Part shown: one piece after another, positions 38,031 through 48,940 of the stretch
Layout of the letters: each line of letters begins with the position of its first letter
Position numbering within the stretch: the first letter of the stretch is position 1
Origin: a virus
Lineage: Duplodnaviria; Caudoviricetes
DNA: 58,912 nt
Strand: one strand, 5' to 3'
IMG/VR virus record: IMGVR_UViG_3300038974_000374
Coordinates: 1-58,912 of that record
Program-made: the position numbers and the translations under genes
Notes under the pieces: generated by a model
Told to the model about the DNA's origin: nothing
Seen by the model: the letters and a program-made list of their open reading frames with translations, nothing else
Database searches by the model: none

Positions 38031-40419
38031 ATGACACTTGATAGAACTGAAAGGCAACGATTAGGGGTTAGAAAGTGGATTGAAGCAGGTTGTAGAGGAA
38101 CTTTACAATGGTGTACAGGTGTAGGTATTTAAAGAAAAAATGAGTATAATTAAATTAAAACAGTTCTGAATATAAAAATTAATGTATGTCATATATTTTA
38201 GATTTTATGTACAATAAAAATATTACCTTTGTGTAATATAATAAAACATAAAATATGGGAAAAAGACATGAACAAAGAATTTATGATGAATTAGCTACTA
38301 AATATTTAGTAGAAGGATTAAGTTTGATAGAATTATCAAAACAATCAGGTATAGATAGAAGAACATTATCTACTAATTTTAAAAGAATGGGCATTGAAAT
38401 AGTTAATAAACAAAATTTAACTAAATTTGACGAACATATTTTTGATGAAATAGATAATGAAGAAAAAGCATATTGGTTAGGATTTATTTTTGCAGATGGT
38501 TATATATCAAGTTCAAGTAATAATTTTGAATTGTCTCTTGGGTTAAAAGATATAAATCATTTAGAAAAATTTTCTCAATTTATGAAATACAATGGAGCAA
38601 TAAAACAAGATTTTTATAGATGTAGATTTTCATTAAGAAATAAACATTTATGGAATACGTTAAATAACTACGGTTGTACTCCTAAAAAATCATTAACTCT
38701 AAAATTTCCAAATAAAGGTATTTTTAAATCTAAAGATTTAATAAAACACTTTATGAGAGGGTATTTTGATGGGGATGGTTGTATAACATATCAAAAAGAT
38801 ACTAATAGTGTAAATGGTGTTTGTAGTGTATTAGGTACATCTGAATTTTTAGATGAATTTGAAAATATTTTAAATTTTCAAAAATCTATTACAAGATGTA
38901 AAGATAAAAGATTAACTGGAAATACAACTAGTTTATCTTTTAAACGTACTGAATCAATACAATTAATGCATTATTTATATGATAATTCTTCTATTTATTT
39001 AGATAGAAAATTTAAATTATATTCATTTTTTAAAAATGGATGCCGTTCATTAGAGGAATTTAATGAATTATTATTGACCAATATCGGGGAAAGCTGTGAC
39101 GCTAATCCCGAGATAAATGATTAGATTACGAAAGGCTAATCATCATCGTAACGCGTAGGAGATGAATAAATATAATTCTCCCAAGAGTGGTCGACATCCA
39201 GAACGGATGAAAAGGTACGCTGGACTTATACAAAAAAAGAAGTATAAGAAGTTAAGATAAAAAGCTTAACGATAACAAAACGAAAACACGTGCTGCATTA
39301 ACTGCAATTAAAGGATTCTTAACAAAGAATTCTAATAAAAAGATAGTAGTTGTTGTTCCTACTGAACATTTAAAAATTCAGTGGATTCAAGAACTTTCTC
39401 AGTATTTTTTACTGAACTATGTTTCTGTGGAAATTATTAATTCTGCAATTAAAATTGACGATCAAATTGATTTTCTAATTCTGGATGAATGTCATAGAAT
39501 TCCATCTGATACCTTTTATGCTGTCTTTAATAAAAGACAACCAAAAATTGTATTAGGTTTATCGGCGACATTCAGTAGATTAGATGGCAGACACGAATTG
39601 TTAAACCGATTTTGTCCAGTATGTGATGAAATATCTGTAAAAGAAGCTATTGAAAATAAATGGCTTTCTCCTTACAAGGAATATAAGGTAATTATAGAAC
39701 CTGACGATATTGACATATACCGTGAAGCAAATCGACAGTTTAATGAAGCGTTTTCTGTTTTCAATTTTGATTTTACATTGGCGATGAATTGCATGACTAA
39801 CATTATTTACCGTAGAACATATGGTAAAAAGATGGGAATGGATGCAAAAGAATTAGATGCTGTAGTTTTTACTTGGGGTAGAGCATTGCGTGCGCGTAAA
39901 GCATATGTAATGGAACATGTTAAGAAGTTAGAAATAGCTAGAAAAATTATTGAAGCCAGACCGAATGAAAAGATTATAACTTTCTCCGCAACGATTGCAC
40001 AGGCCGAAAAAATTGGAGGAGGTTATGTAGTTCATTCTGGAAAAACTAAGAAGAAAAATAGAATAACTCTGGAAGAGTTTTCTAAATTGAAACTTGGGGT
40101 TATCCATACAGCTAAAAGTTTGGATGAAGGAGCAGATATTAAAGGATTAAGTGTCGCAATTGTTCTTTCCAACACATCTTCTCAAACTCAAAAAACTCAA
40201 CGAATAGGAAGGGTTATTAGATATGAAGAAGGGAAAGAAGCAGAAATATTTACTCTTGTAATAAAGGGTACAATGGAAGAAGGATGGTATAATAATTCGA
40301 CTGCTGGAAAGAATTATATTGAGATTACAGAATCAGAATTAGATGAAATTTTATTAGGAAAAGAGTCTGAAAATATAGAAAAAGTAGGAAAAGAAGTGGG
40401 AATGATGTTTAGGTTTTAA
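38031..40419 (+). CDS. SF2 DEAD/DEAH-like helicase, spliced (exons 38031-38126, 39283-40419)
   Basis: Spliced Walker A WCTGVG|KT; LILDECH; LSAT; LDEGADI; QRIGRVIR; 410 aa. Confidence 0.88.
38127..39282 (+). mobile_element. Group I intron in helicase Walker A
   Basis: U at exon end, terminal G, frame restored on joining; core aatatcggggaaag, aatcccgag, cgtaacgcgta, aggtacgctgga. Confidence 0.85.
38255..39124 (+). CDS. Intron-encoded LAGLIDADG homing endonuclease
   Basis: AYWLGFIFADGYI and HFMRGYFDGDGCI; Trp encoded by TGG. Confidence 0.9.
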   Translation: MGKRHEQRIYDELATKYLVEGLSLIELSKQSGIDRRTLSTNFKRMGIEIVNKQNLTKFDEHIFDEIDNEEKAYWLGFIFADGYISSSSNNFELSLGLKDINHLEKFSQFMKYNGAIKQDFYRCRFSLRNKHLWNTLNNYGCTPKKSLTLKFPNKGIFKSKDLIKHFMRGYFDGDGCITYQKDTNSVNGVCSVLGTSEFLDEFENILNFQKSITRCKDKRLTGNTTSLSFKRTESIQLMHYLYDNSSIYLDRKFKLYSFFKNGCRSLEEFNELLLTNIGESCDANPEIND

Positions 40420-40646
40420 AAACAAAAGAAAAATGATAAATGAAAAAATGCTTGAATACCTAATGATTTCAGAGATATTAAATACAACAGTGAATTTAAG
40501 GACAAGTCCTGTTTATAATTGGTTGTATCCTCGATACTCTGAATTAAGAGATGAGTTTATTAAAGAATACACTCCTACAATACCCAATACTAAAAATCCC
40601 GTAACGGATAATAACGACAAGGAAAGTAGTTAAAAACTACATTTAC

Positions 40647-41261
40647 ATGCAACAATTTGAATTATCTCTGAAAGAAGAGATAAACATCTATATCAATAGT
40701 GGACTTACACCCACGGAATTATTTATCCTAAGATTATTATTCTTGGCTATTGATGGAGATTCTTCTCTTCTTGTAAATTATTTATCAAACATTTCGGATG
40801 GTAAAATAATTTTTAGAAAAGTATTAGAATCACTAAAAGACAAGAAAGTTATTCTGTCTTCATTTAAGATTCCACAAGAAGGAGAATCTTTAAATTTTCA
40901 AAATATACCTTTTAATAAGAATTTTCTTAAAATGTATATTAGAGAATCAAATGAATTAGGAAAAGAGTTATTTGATGCATATCCTCCGTTTATTAATATA
41001 AATGGAAAATTATGCAGTATTAAAAATTTTACCAAAGCAAATCTTTTTACATTTGAAGAGTTTTGCACATATTACGCAAAGGCAATTAAAAATGCAGGAG
41101 TAACTCACGAAAGAGTTATAGAGGCTGTTGAATTTGGAAAAGAACACAACTTACTTAATTATTCAATTACTGAATTTATAGCTTCTCGAAAGTGGCTTGA
41201 AATTGAATATATAAGAGAGAGTGGGAACGTAAACGGGTATAATAACTCAGAGCTTGTATAA
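40647..41261 (+). CDS. Hypothetical replication-module protein
   Basis: 204 aa; overlaps the DnaB start. Confidence 0.55.
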   Translation: MQQFELSLKEEINIYINSGLTPTELFILRLLFLAIDGDSSLLVNYLSNISDGKIIFRKVLESLKDKKVILSSFKIPQEGESLNFQNIPFNKNFLKMYIRESNELGKELFDAYPPFININGKLCSIKNFTKANLFTFEEFCTYYAKAIKNAGVTHERVIEAVEFGKEHNLLNYSITEFIASRKWLEIEYIRESGNVNGYNNSELV

Positions 41262-43428
41262 TGGGTGTAAAGCAATTATTAAAAAATATAGAAGAAGGAA
41301 GAAAAGGTAGAAATATTGGTATTAGTACAGGATTACCTACTATTGATTCGATTATATACGGAATACAAAGAAAGTATTTATATACTATTGGTGCAGATAC
41401 CTCGGGTTAAGGAAATTTAAAAACAATAAGTATGATTGGAGTTTATAAAATTATAAACAAAACAAATGGAAAATGTTATATAGGCTCATCTATAAATATA
41501 AATAATAGGTGAGCAAAACATAAAGCACTTCTTAGACATAATAAACATGAAAATAAGAAACTTCAAAATGCTTGAAATAAGTATGGAGAAGAAAATTTTC
41601 AATTTATTGTGATAAAAGAATGTGATAATGAGATGCTTTTAGAAGAAGAACAAAGTTATTTAGATGAATTAGGAGCGCAAGATTTTATTAATAAAATTAA
41701 TAGAAATTTTGATAAAATTTGCTACAATGTTTCAGCTATAGCTAACACCTGCATAATAACAGAAGAAGTTAGAGCTAAAATAAAAGAGTCATTAAGAATA
41801 AAAAGAGAACAAGGATTATTGTTAAAAAGTAATACTAAAAAATGTTACCAATATAATAGATTTACTGGAGAATTAATAAAAGAATGGGATATTATAAACG
41901 ATGCCAATCGCCATTATAACACTCCTAATAATAAAACTTCTGTAATACAAAGAAACTTGTGAGGAGACACTACTACTGCCTTTGATTCTTTATGAACATT
42001 TGAGCCAATAGAATTTGTGTGAGCAAGAGCTCCTCAAAAAAGAACTACTTTAGTAGTTCAAAATATGGTAGAAAAAACATATGCTTTTTATGATAGTGTT
42101 CCTATCTTCTTAAAAGCTATAGGATTAAATCCTAATTCTAGAATAACAATAACTAAATGTATTGATAAACAAATTCCATTTAAAGGTATTTATAATTGTT
42201 TTAAAATTGAAGCCCCTGTCATTTATGACAGAAAACCATTTGAATTGCTGGGAACTCGCGAAGATATAATAACTAAAACGAATGAAGAAATTCTTAACGT
42301 AAATGTTAAAAATATTATATTATGTGACAATCAGCAGCCAATCTCCTAAGTCATTAGATATGGAGAAGGTTCAACGACTATCCCTGGAGAGGGAGTAGGA
42401 TTCAAGAGAATTCGAAGCGGATGGTAAGATTAAAAATCTTAATGATATAGTCTGGACTTATATGAAAGTATAAGAGTGTGTGCGGAATCGGCACTCACAC
42501 AACATAATCGGGTAAAACCTCTTTTGCAATAGACGTATTTGTGTATAACTTGTTGAAAAATAGACAAGATAAAAATGTATCAATCCTTTATTATTCCTTT
42601 GAGATGTCGGCAGATATTTTATTTGCTAAGTTATTATCTTTACATATCTTTGATACATATGGAGAAGTAGTGACTTATGAAGACATTTTATCCTTAACTA
42701 ATCCAATCTCTGAAGAACATCAAGACCTCGTGAGGAAGTCTGAAGATTGGCTATACGAACTCCAAGAACACCTAACTATTTATGACAAAGCTTTGTCGCC
42801 AAACGGAATATACGCAACTTGTAAAGAGTGGCTAAAACAATTTGGGACATTCGTTGAATTAGAGGAGCATCGGGAGGATTATATAGATAATGACCCTAAT
42901 AGGTATAAAGTGGCAATAATTGACCACGTTGGACTTATTACTGGTCCGGGATCTAAAAAAGAAAAAATAGACTTAACCGCAGATTATTTTATCTATTTTA
43001 GAAATAAGTGTTCCATGACTGGTGTATTTATTCAGCAATTGAATAGAAATGCTAAAAGTATGGAAAGAAAAACTAACGGATATGAACTTATTCAGTTAGA
43101 TGATTTCAAAGACACATCAGGAACTTTGGATGCGTCCGAAGTAGTAATTGCTCTCTTTTATCCATATAGAGAGAAAATAGCAAGGTGCGAGGGCTACCCT
43201 ATCCAAAATGTTCTCAAAAAGCGATTTAGATTAGTTCAAATTTTAAAGAACAGATATGGTATAGCTGATGCTTCAAAAGGTACTTCATTTTTTGGAGAAA
43301 TTGGAATGTATCGTGAGATACCAAAACCAGATGAAATTGGCGATTATGAACCATATTTATCTTTAAAATATATTAAACCAGATGAAAATTATACAGATGA
43401 AAATGACAACAATGTATTTAATTTTTAA
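41261..43428 (+). CDS. DnaB-like replicative helicase, spliced (exons 41261-41407, 42511-43428)
   Basis: GISTGL, spliced Walker A ADTSG|GKTS, SFEM, IIDHVG, QQLNR, DFKDTSG, LKNRYG; 354 aa. Confidence 0.88.
41408..42510 (+). mobile_element. Group I intron in DnaB Walker A
   Basis: U at exon end, terminal G; core gaattgctgggaa, aatcagcagcc, ggttcaacgacta, gatatagtctg. Confidence 0.88.
41432..42349 (+). CDS. Intron-encoded GIY-YIG endonuclease (five in-frame TGA read as Trp)
   Basis: IGVYKIINKTNGKCYIGSS..NR(W)AKH...LQNA(W)NKYGEENF; TGA at 41510, 41573, 41960, 41993, 42020; joins ORF-track fragments 41609 and 42065 into 305 aa. Confidence 0.85.
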
Positions 43429-43430
43429 TT

Positions 43431-44126
43431 ATGGCAGAACTTATTGCAGTAGTAGGTAATTCAGGGAGTGGTAAATCGACTTCTCTTAGGAATTTAGACC
43501 CTTCATCAACGTTTATAATCAATGTGGCAGGAAAACCACTTCCTATTAGAGGATACAAAAAGAATTATAAACCTTTGGTGATGAATACCGAAACTAAAAA
43601 ATATGAAGGCAATCTATATAACACGTCAGATGTGACAAAGATTGCGCAAATTCTTAAAATTATTGATCGAACAAGACCGGAAATTAAAACGGTTATTATC
43701 GAAGACGCTCAGTACATTATGGCTTTTGAAGCAATGGACAGAGCACAAGAAAAAGGGTATGAAAAGTTTACTCAAATTGCAGGTAACTTCTATTCAGTAT
43801 TGAAAGAAGCAATGAACATGAGAGATGACTTAAAAGTTTGCGTATTAACCCACGCAGAAAATATTGGGGATGCACTAAATCCTAATTATAAGATTAAAAC
43901 AATTGGTAAAATGATTGACTCTATGATTACTGTAGAGGGTCTATTTACTTATGTATTGTTTACATCATTAATTAGAGATGTTGAGGGAGAAGTTGCTCAC
44001 AAATTTATTACTCAATCAGATGGAACTACAACTGCTAAAACACCAATGGGATGCTTTGATAGTATGCTTATTGACAATGACCTGCAGTATGTAATTAGTA
44101 AAATTGACGAATATAACGAACTTTAA
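43431..44126 (+). CDS. P-loop ATPase (AAA_24/Sak4-like)
   Basis: VGNSGSGKSTS, VIIEDAQY, TAKTPMG. Confidence 0.8.
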   Translation: MAELIAVVGNSGSGKSTSLRNLDPSSTFIINVAGKPLPIRGYKKNYKPLVMNTETKKYEGNLYNTSDVTKIAQILKIIDRTRPEIKTVIIEDAQYIMAFEAMDRAQEKGYEKFTQIAGNFYSVLKEAMNMRDDLKVCVLTHAENIGDALNPNYKIKTIGKMIDSMITVEGLFTYVLFTSLIRDVEGEVAHKFITQSDGTTTAKTPMGCFDSMLIDNDLQYVISKIDEYNEL

Positions 44127-44686
44127 TGATTAAACAAATATCTATAACATTTGATTTTAATACTGAAACTGAAGAAGTTTCTAATATTAAAACTGTAGGA
44201 AGTACTGAGAAAAAAGCTCGTACAACTACTAAAAAAGTAAAAGATGTAGTTGAGAAAATGGCTAATGAAGCATTGATTACTCTTGAACCTAATAAGCTAA
44301 TATTTAATTCTAAAGCTGTTTCCGATATGGAAATAGAGTATGAGGATAGAATTGTTATCAAATGGGAAAAAGAAGGTAAGAAAATGACTCCAATAATTGG
44401 AAAGGATATTGCATTTGATGAAGAAGGAACTGGTAACAAAGTAACTAAATCAAATTCAATTGCGTATAAAGGTAAGGCTAATACGGTATTAGCAGAACTT
44501 GGTACCGAATTTACAATTGAGCCACTTCGAGAAGGTGTTTGGAAATTGTTATCTACAACAGGAGGAACAAATGAAGACACTTCAACATTAGAGGAAGCAA
44601 TAGAGCAAGCAGAGGAAGTAGAACCTGAATTGCTAGTTGATACAGATGAGAATAACGAAATAGATGAGTTACAATTCAAACTATAA
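44126..44686 (+). CDS. Hypothetical protein
   Basis: 186 aa, acidic tail. Confidence 0.55.
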   Translation: MIKQISITFDFNTETEEVSNIKTVGSTEKKARTTTKKVKDVVEKMANEALITLEPNKLIFNSKAVSDMEIEYEDRIVIKWEKEGKKMTPIIGKDIAFDEEGTGNKVTKSNSIAYKGKANTVLAELGTEFTIEPLREGVWKLLSTTGGTNEDTSTLEEAIEQAEEVEPELLVDTDENNEIDELQFKL

Positions 44687-44701
44687 ATAATTTAAAAAAT
44701 T

Positions 44702-45418
44702 ATGAGTTTTTCATTTAATACAACAGCAGGAGCATCACAAAGCAGTGCAAAACCAAGATTAGCAGGTAATGATATCTATAATGTAAAATTTGACGGTTGT
44801 GAAATCGTAGACATTAAAGGTGTTAAAGACCCAGACAAAGTATACAAAGTAATTAAACTGAAATTTTCAAATGGCGATGGAATTTATGAACATACGGTGT
44901 TTGAGCCAAGACCTGAAGATTTCACAAGAACAGAAAACGAATATACTTCAAAAGATGGTAAAAAGGAAAAAATTCCTCAACCATCTGGAGTTGAAAATAT
45001 GATGTTATTGTTCAAACACGCTATTGATTCTATAGCACCATCTATCGGAAAAGAAATTGACAACGGAACTAAAAACTTAGGTGCAGCCAACTGGGATGAC
45101 CTAAGAACTCTTGTTGCTAAAATCTTAGATTCTGGTAAAGGAAAAGAAGTCCAAATTAAACTTTTGAAAAACACTAAAGGAGAGGCTACTTTCCCTGGTT
45201 ATTTCTCAGGTATCACTAAAGAAGGTAAAGCTTATGTAAGAAATAACTTTATCGGTGATAAATTGGCTTTTAGTACTTATGAAATTACGAGAATTAATAA
45301 CGAAGCTAATGCGAAACCAACTAGAGCTGCATCTTATGGAACTCAATCTACAGTAGGAAGTGAATCATCACTTGGAACTCCTGGGTTAGATATCGAGTTT
45401 GATATGCCAGTTTTATAA
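44702..45418 (+). CDS. Possible single-stranded DNA-binding protein
   Basis: Position between ATPase and primase; flexible tail ending DIEFDMPVL; inference only. Confidence 0.4.
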   Translation: MSFSFNTTAGASQSSAKPRLAGNDIYNVKFDGCEIVDIKGVKDPDKVYKVIKLKFSNGDGIYEHTVFEPRPEDFTRTENEYTSKDGKKEKIPQPSGVENMMLLFKHAIDSIAPSIGKEIDNGTKNLGAANWDDLRTLVAKILDSGKGKEVQIKLLKNTKGEATFPGYFSGITKEGKAYVRNNFIGDKLAFSTYEITRINNEANAKPTRAASYGTQSTVGSESSLGTPGLDIEFDMPVL

Positions 45419-45457
45419 AAATAATTTCTTATCTTTGTAGGCTTAAATTAACAATGT

Positions 45458-46471
45458 ATGTACAAATTAGACGTAGCCCCAAAGATAACAAAAGAACTTT
45501 TACTTTCAAAATACTCCCAAGAAACGTTTTTCGAACATTACTTGGGAGTACCTGTTAAAAAAGGATTATTCAAGAGTCCTTCAATTATTAGAACAGATAA
45601 CAATCCAACTTGTTCTTTTTATAAAGACAAGAAGGGTAATTTAAAATATAAAGATTTTGCAGGACCAACTTTCGACTTTGTCGGATGTGTAATGTATATA
45701 TTTAATTGTAGTTATTATAAAGCTTTGCGAATAATAGCTAATGATTTTGGATTTATTGAGATTGAAAAAGTTGAGAAGAATCCTCCAAAAATGGAATATA
45801 CTGGTCATGAGTTGAAGCAGACTGATAAAGCAAAAATAGAAGTAGAAATCAAAGAGTTTTCTCAAAGAGAACTTGATTGGTGGGGAACCTATGGTATTGG
45901 CTTACCAACTCTTAAAAAATTTAAAGTATTTTCAATTAAATCTGTATTTCTAAACGGAGTTTATTTTACATCTTCTTCTGAATCATGTCCGATTTATGGA
46001 TATTATGGTGGAGAAAATTCAGATGGAGATGAACTCTGGCGTTTGTACATGCCGACGAAAAGAACCTACCGGTTTCTAAGTAATTGGAGTTCTACTATGA
46101 TTCAGGGATCTAAAATGCTTCCTAAATCTGGAGAGTTTGTTGTAGTAACAAAATCACTTAAAGACGTAATGGCTTTATATGAATTTGGTATTCCAGCAAT
46201 CGCTCCAAATAGTGAGAACTTATTTTTAACAGAAACACAATATGAAAAACTTCAAACTAAATTTCAACAAATATATATATTATATGATAGGGATTTACCT
46301 GGAGTAAAATCAGCTAATCGAATTCGTAAGAAATTTGATGGCTTACAAGTATTGTTAGTTCCAAAAGTAAAAGACTTTACGGACTATGTTAAGAAATATG
46401 GTACATATAAAACATTTAATCTAATTGAAGAATGGCTAGAAAAAAGAAAGAAGAATCTACCGAATGAGTAG
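45458..46471 (+). CDS. DnaG-like primase (crAss-like type)
   Basis: RTDNNPTCSF, YKDFA, TOPRIM VVTKSLKDVMAL and LYDRDLPG. Confidence 0.85.
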   Translation: MYKLDVAPKITKELLLSKYSQETFFEHYLGVPVKKGLFKSPSIIRTDNNPTCSFYKDKKGNLKYKDFAGPTFDFVGCVMYIFNCSYYKALRIIANDFGFIEIEKVEKNPPKMEYTGHELKQTDKAKIEVEIKEFSQRELDWWGTYGIGLPTLKKFKVFSIKSVFLNGVYFTSSSESCPIYGYYGGENSDGDELWRLYMPTKRTYRFLSNWSSTMIQGSKMLPKSGEFVVVTKSLKDVMALYEFGIPAIAPNSENLFLTETQYEKLQTKFQQIYILYDRDLPGVKSANRIRKKFDGLQVLLVPKVKDFTDYVKKYGTYKTFNLIEEWLEKRKKNLPNE

Positions 46472-46875
46472 AACAAGAAGTTCAGGTTGAAAAACCTAAG
46501 AAGAAAAAAAGTGGGGCGTATTCCAAAACAAAGGGATCAGCTTATGAAAGACAAATTGTAAATGAGTTAAAAGCATTAACTGGTAATGAAAACATATGCA
46601 CCGCTAGAAGTGAATCTAAGAAATTAGATGATATGAAAATAGATATTGCAGACCCTGATAATATTTTACCTTGTTATATTCAGACAAAGAAAACACAAAC
46701 TACACCAAGTGTTAAAAAAATAAACGCCGAGGTTGGAAAGAAAGATAAACCTTTGTGTATCTTATGGAATATACAAGAAAAGAAAGAAGGGAATACTAAT
46801 ATTACTTCACAAGGTGAATATGCGATCATTCCAAAAGAGTTCTTTTATGAACTTTTAAAAAATCATAAAGAATAA
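46432..46875 (+). CDS. Holliday-junction-resolvase-like PD-(D/E)XK nuclease (in-frame TGA at 46465)
   Basis: SKTKGSAYERQIVNEL...KLDDMKIDI...YIQTKK; motif I lies upstream of the ORF-track start. Confidence 0.6.
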
Positions 46876-47063
46876 TGGAATTATTACTAAGAACTTATAT
46901 AAAACAAACCTTTGACAAAAATGTTTCTGAAACAGCAACTGTTGGAGAATTATTAGCATTTATTGTTAATTTTTCGTATTCAGAAGGTTATCAAGAAGGT
47001 TATCAAGATGGCAGTAATTCGCAATAAAGAACATAAATAGATTAATCATTAAAAGTAAAAAAT

Positions 47064-47558
47064 ATGAATGTATATTTAGATATCGACGACGTAATATTTG
47101 ATTGGCATAGAGACTATGCAAAACGCTTTAATTGCAAAGTTCCTAAAAGATGGAGCAAATCTAAAGTAATGTCCGACAGACTTAAAATTCTTTCTACAGA
47201 GAAAGATTTTTGGTTAAACCTTACCGTGAAAAATAGACCTAACTTTATTCCTAAAGGATTCGTTAGTGCTAGAGGAATTTCTAAAGACTGGACAGTAGAA
47301 TCTCTTCGTAAGAATCAGATCCCTGGCCGTAGTAACGTTCACCAAGTTCATTGGGGGCAAAGCAAAGTTGAACTTTTAAAATCTCTTAATTGTGATTTAT
47401 TTATAGATGACAAATATGAGACCTTTAAAGAGTGTCATAAAAATGGAATATTCTGTCTTTTGATGGATGCTCCACATAATCGACATATTGTGACTCCTTA
47501 TCGCATTTATACATTAGATATTGAAAATATTTTATATTTATGGCGGAAATTGCGATAA
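47064..47558 (+). CDS. HAD 5'(3')-nucleotidase-like protein
   Basis: YLDIDDV, VSAR, FIDDK, DAPHN. Confidence 0.75.
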   Translation: MNVYLDIDDVIFDWHRDYAKRFNCKVPKRWSKSKVMSDRLKILSTEKDFWLNLTVKNRPNFIPKGFVSARGISKDWTVESLRKNQIPGRSNVHQVHWGQSKVELLKSLNCDLFIDDKYETFKECHKNGIFCLLMDAPHNRHIVTPYRIYTLDIENILYLWRKLR

Positions 47559-48577
47559 TACCTGAATCTATTCGGTTAGTAAGATTAACCGATGAAGAAT
47601 ATTTTAGTACAGATTATAAAGAGTATATTTCAAATTCCAAATTAGGACTATTAAATCCTGATGAGGGAGGATCAATGGAAAAATATCTTGCGGGATATTC
47701 AGGAGATTATTCTGACTCATTTGAATTAGGCTCTGCTGTTCATGCAATGGTACTTCAACGAAACGATTATGATGTGTCAAATATTAGAAAACCAAGTGGT
47801 AAACTTGGACTATTTGCTGACCATGTATTTCGTCTTGAAAAAAAAGGAGTACCTCGAGAAAATGCTATTGCTGAAGCATCTATATCTGCTAACTATTATG
47901 CAAATAAATTAACAGATAAAAGATTAACTGCTGCACTGGAAGCATGTGAACCATATTGGGAATCACGAAAAGCATTTGAGGAATCTCCTGCATTTGAAAC
48001 TGCAAGATCTCAAATATATTTATCTAGTGCATTAGCATCTAAGTACGAAATGTGCATGGCAGGAATAGAAAATAATCCTGAAGTTTATAATACATTATAT
48101 CCAAAAAGTATTTTAGGTGATGTTGAGGTTTATAATGAATTTGCACTATTTGCAGAAGTTGATGTAACAATAGATGGTAAAACAACTAGATTAAAGTTAA
48201 AGTCTAAACTTGATAATTTTACAGTAAATCACGAAACTCAAGAGTTAACTCTTAATGATTTGAAAACTACTGGAAAACCCGTTAATTTTTTTATGGGAAA
48301 TAATGTAAGAGTAAAAGATGAAAATGGCAATAATACTACTGTGTGGTATGATGGTTCTTTTCAAAAATTTCATTACTATCGACAGATGGGAATGTATCTT
48401 TGGATTCTTGCTTGTTATTTTAAACATAATCTTATTAATTATCGGTTAAAAGCAAATATGGTTGTTGTTGAAACAATTCCTGACTTTAAAACAAGAATTT
48501 ATAAAGTTAATAATAAACATATTAAACAAGGACTTGACGAATTTAAGAAATTATTAATACTTGTTGCTAATGGATAG
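47540..48577 (+). CDS. PD-(D/E)XK exonuclease (RecE/Cas4-like)
   Basis: ISNSKL, LGSAVH, KSKLDN, NDLKTT, YYRQMGMY. Confidence 0.8.
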   Translation: MAEIAIIPESIRLVRLTDEEYFSTDYKEYISNSKLGLLNPDEGGSMEKYLAGYSGDYSDSFELGSAVHAMVLQRNDYDVSNIRKPSGKLGLFADHVFRLEKKGVPRENAIAEASISANYYANKLTDKRLTAALEACEPYWESRKAFEESPAFETARSQIYLSSALASKYEMCMAGIENNPEVYNTLYPKSILGDVEVYNEFALFAEVDVTIDGKTTRLKLKSKLDNFTVNHETQELTLNDLKTTGKPVNFFMGNNVRVKDENGNNTTVWYDGSFQKFHYYRQMGMYLWILACYFKHNLINYRLKANMVVVETIPDFKTRIYKVNNKHIKQGLDEFKKLLILVANG

Positions 48578-48940
48578 AAATGCAGTACAATCCGCTGTAT
48601 CAACTTTTGAAGGGTTAGAGTATACAGATAAATTAAGTGCTTATCAAAAAGTATTTTCACTTGGGAATTTTACTTCCGAAGATCTTAATGAAAAGCTTGT
48701 TTTAATTTCTCTGACTGCTCTTACTTATCAAAAGATGAAAGAAAAGGATTCGGAAATTACGCCACTCAAAATTCTTATGAAAATTACAGGACAAATTAAA
48801 GATAATTCAGGATTTTATCAATTTCTTGAAGCTTTATCAATCCTTGTAACTGATATGTCTTATGGGTGTACTAAAATAGACACTTGTGGGATGAAAACTT
48901 CACAAGAAATTATTAATAAAATTAAAGAAATACTTGATAC

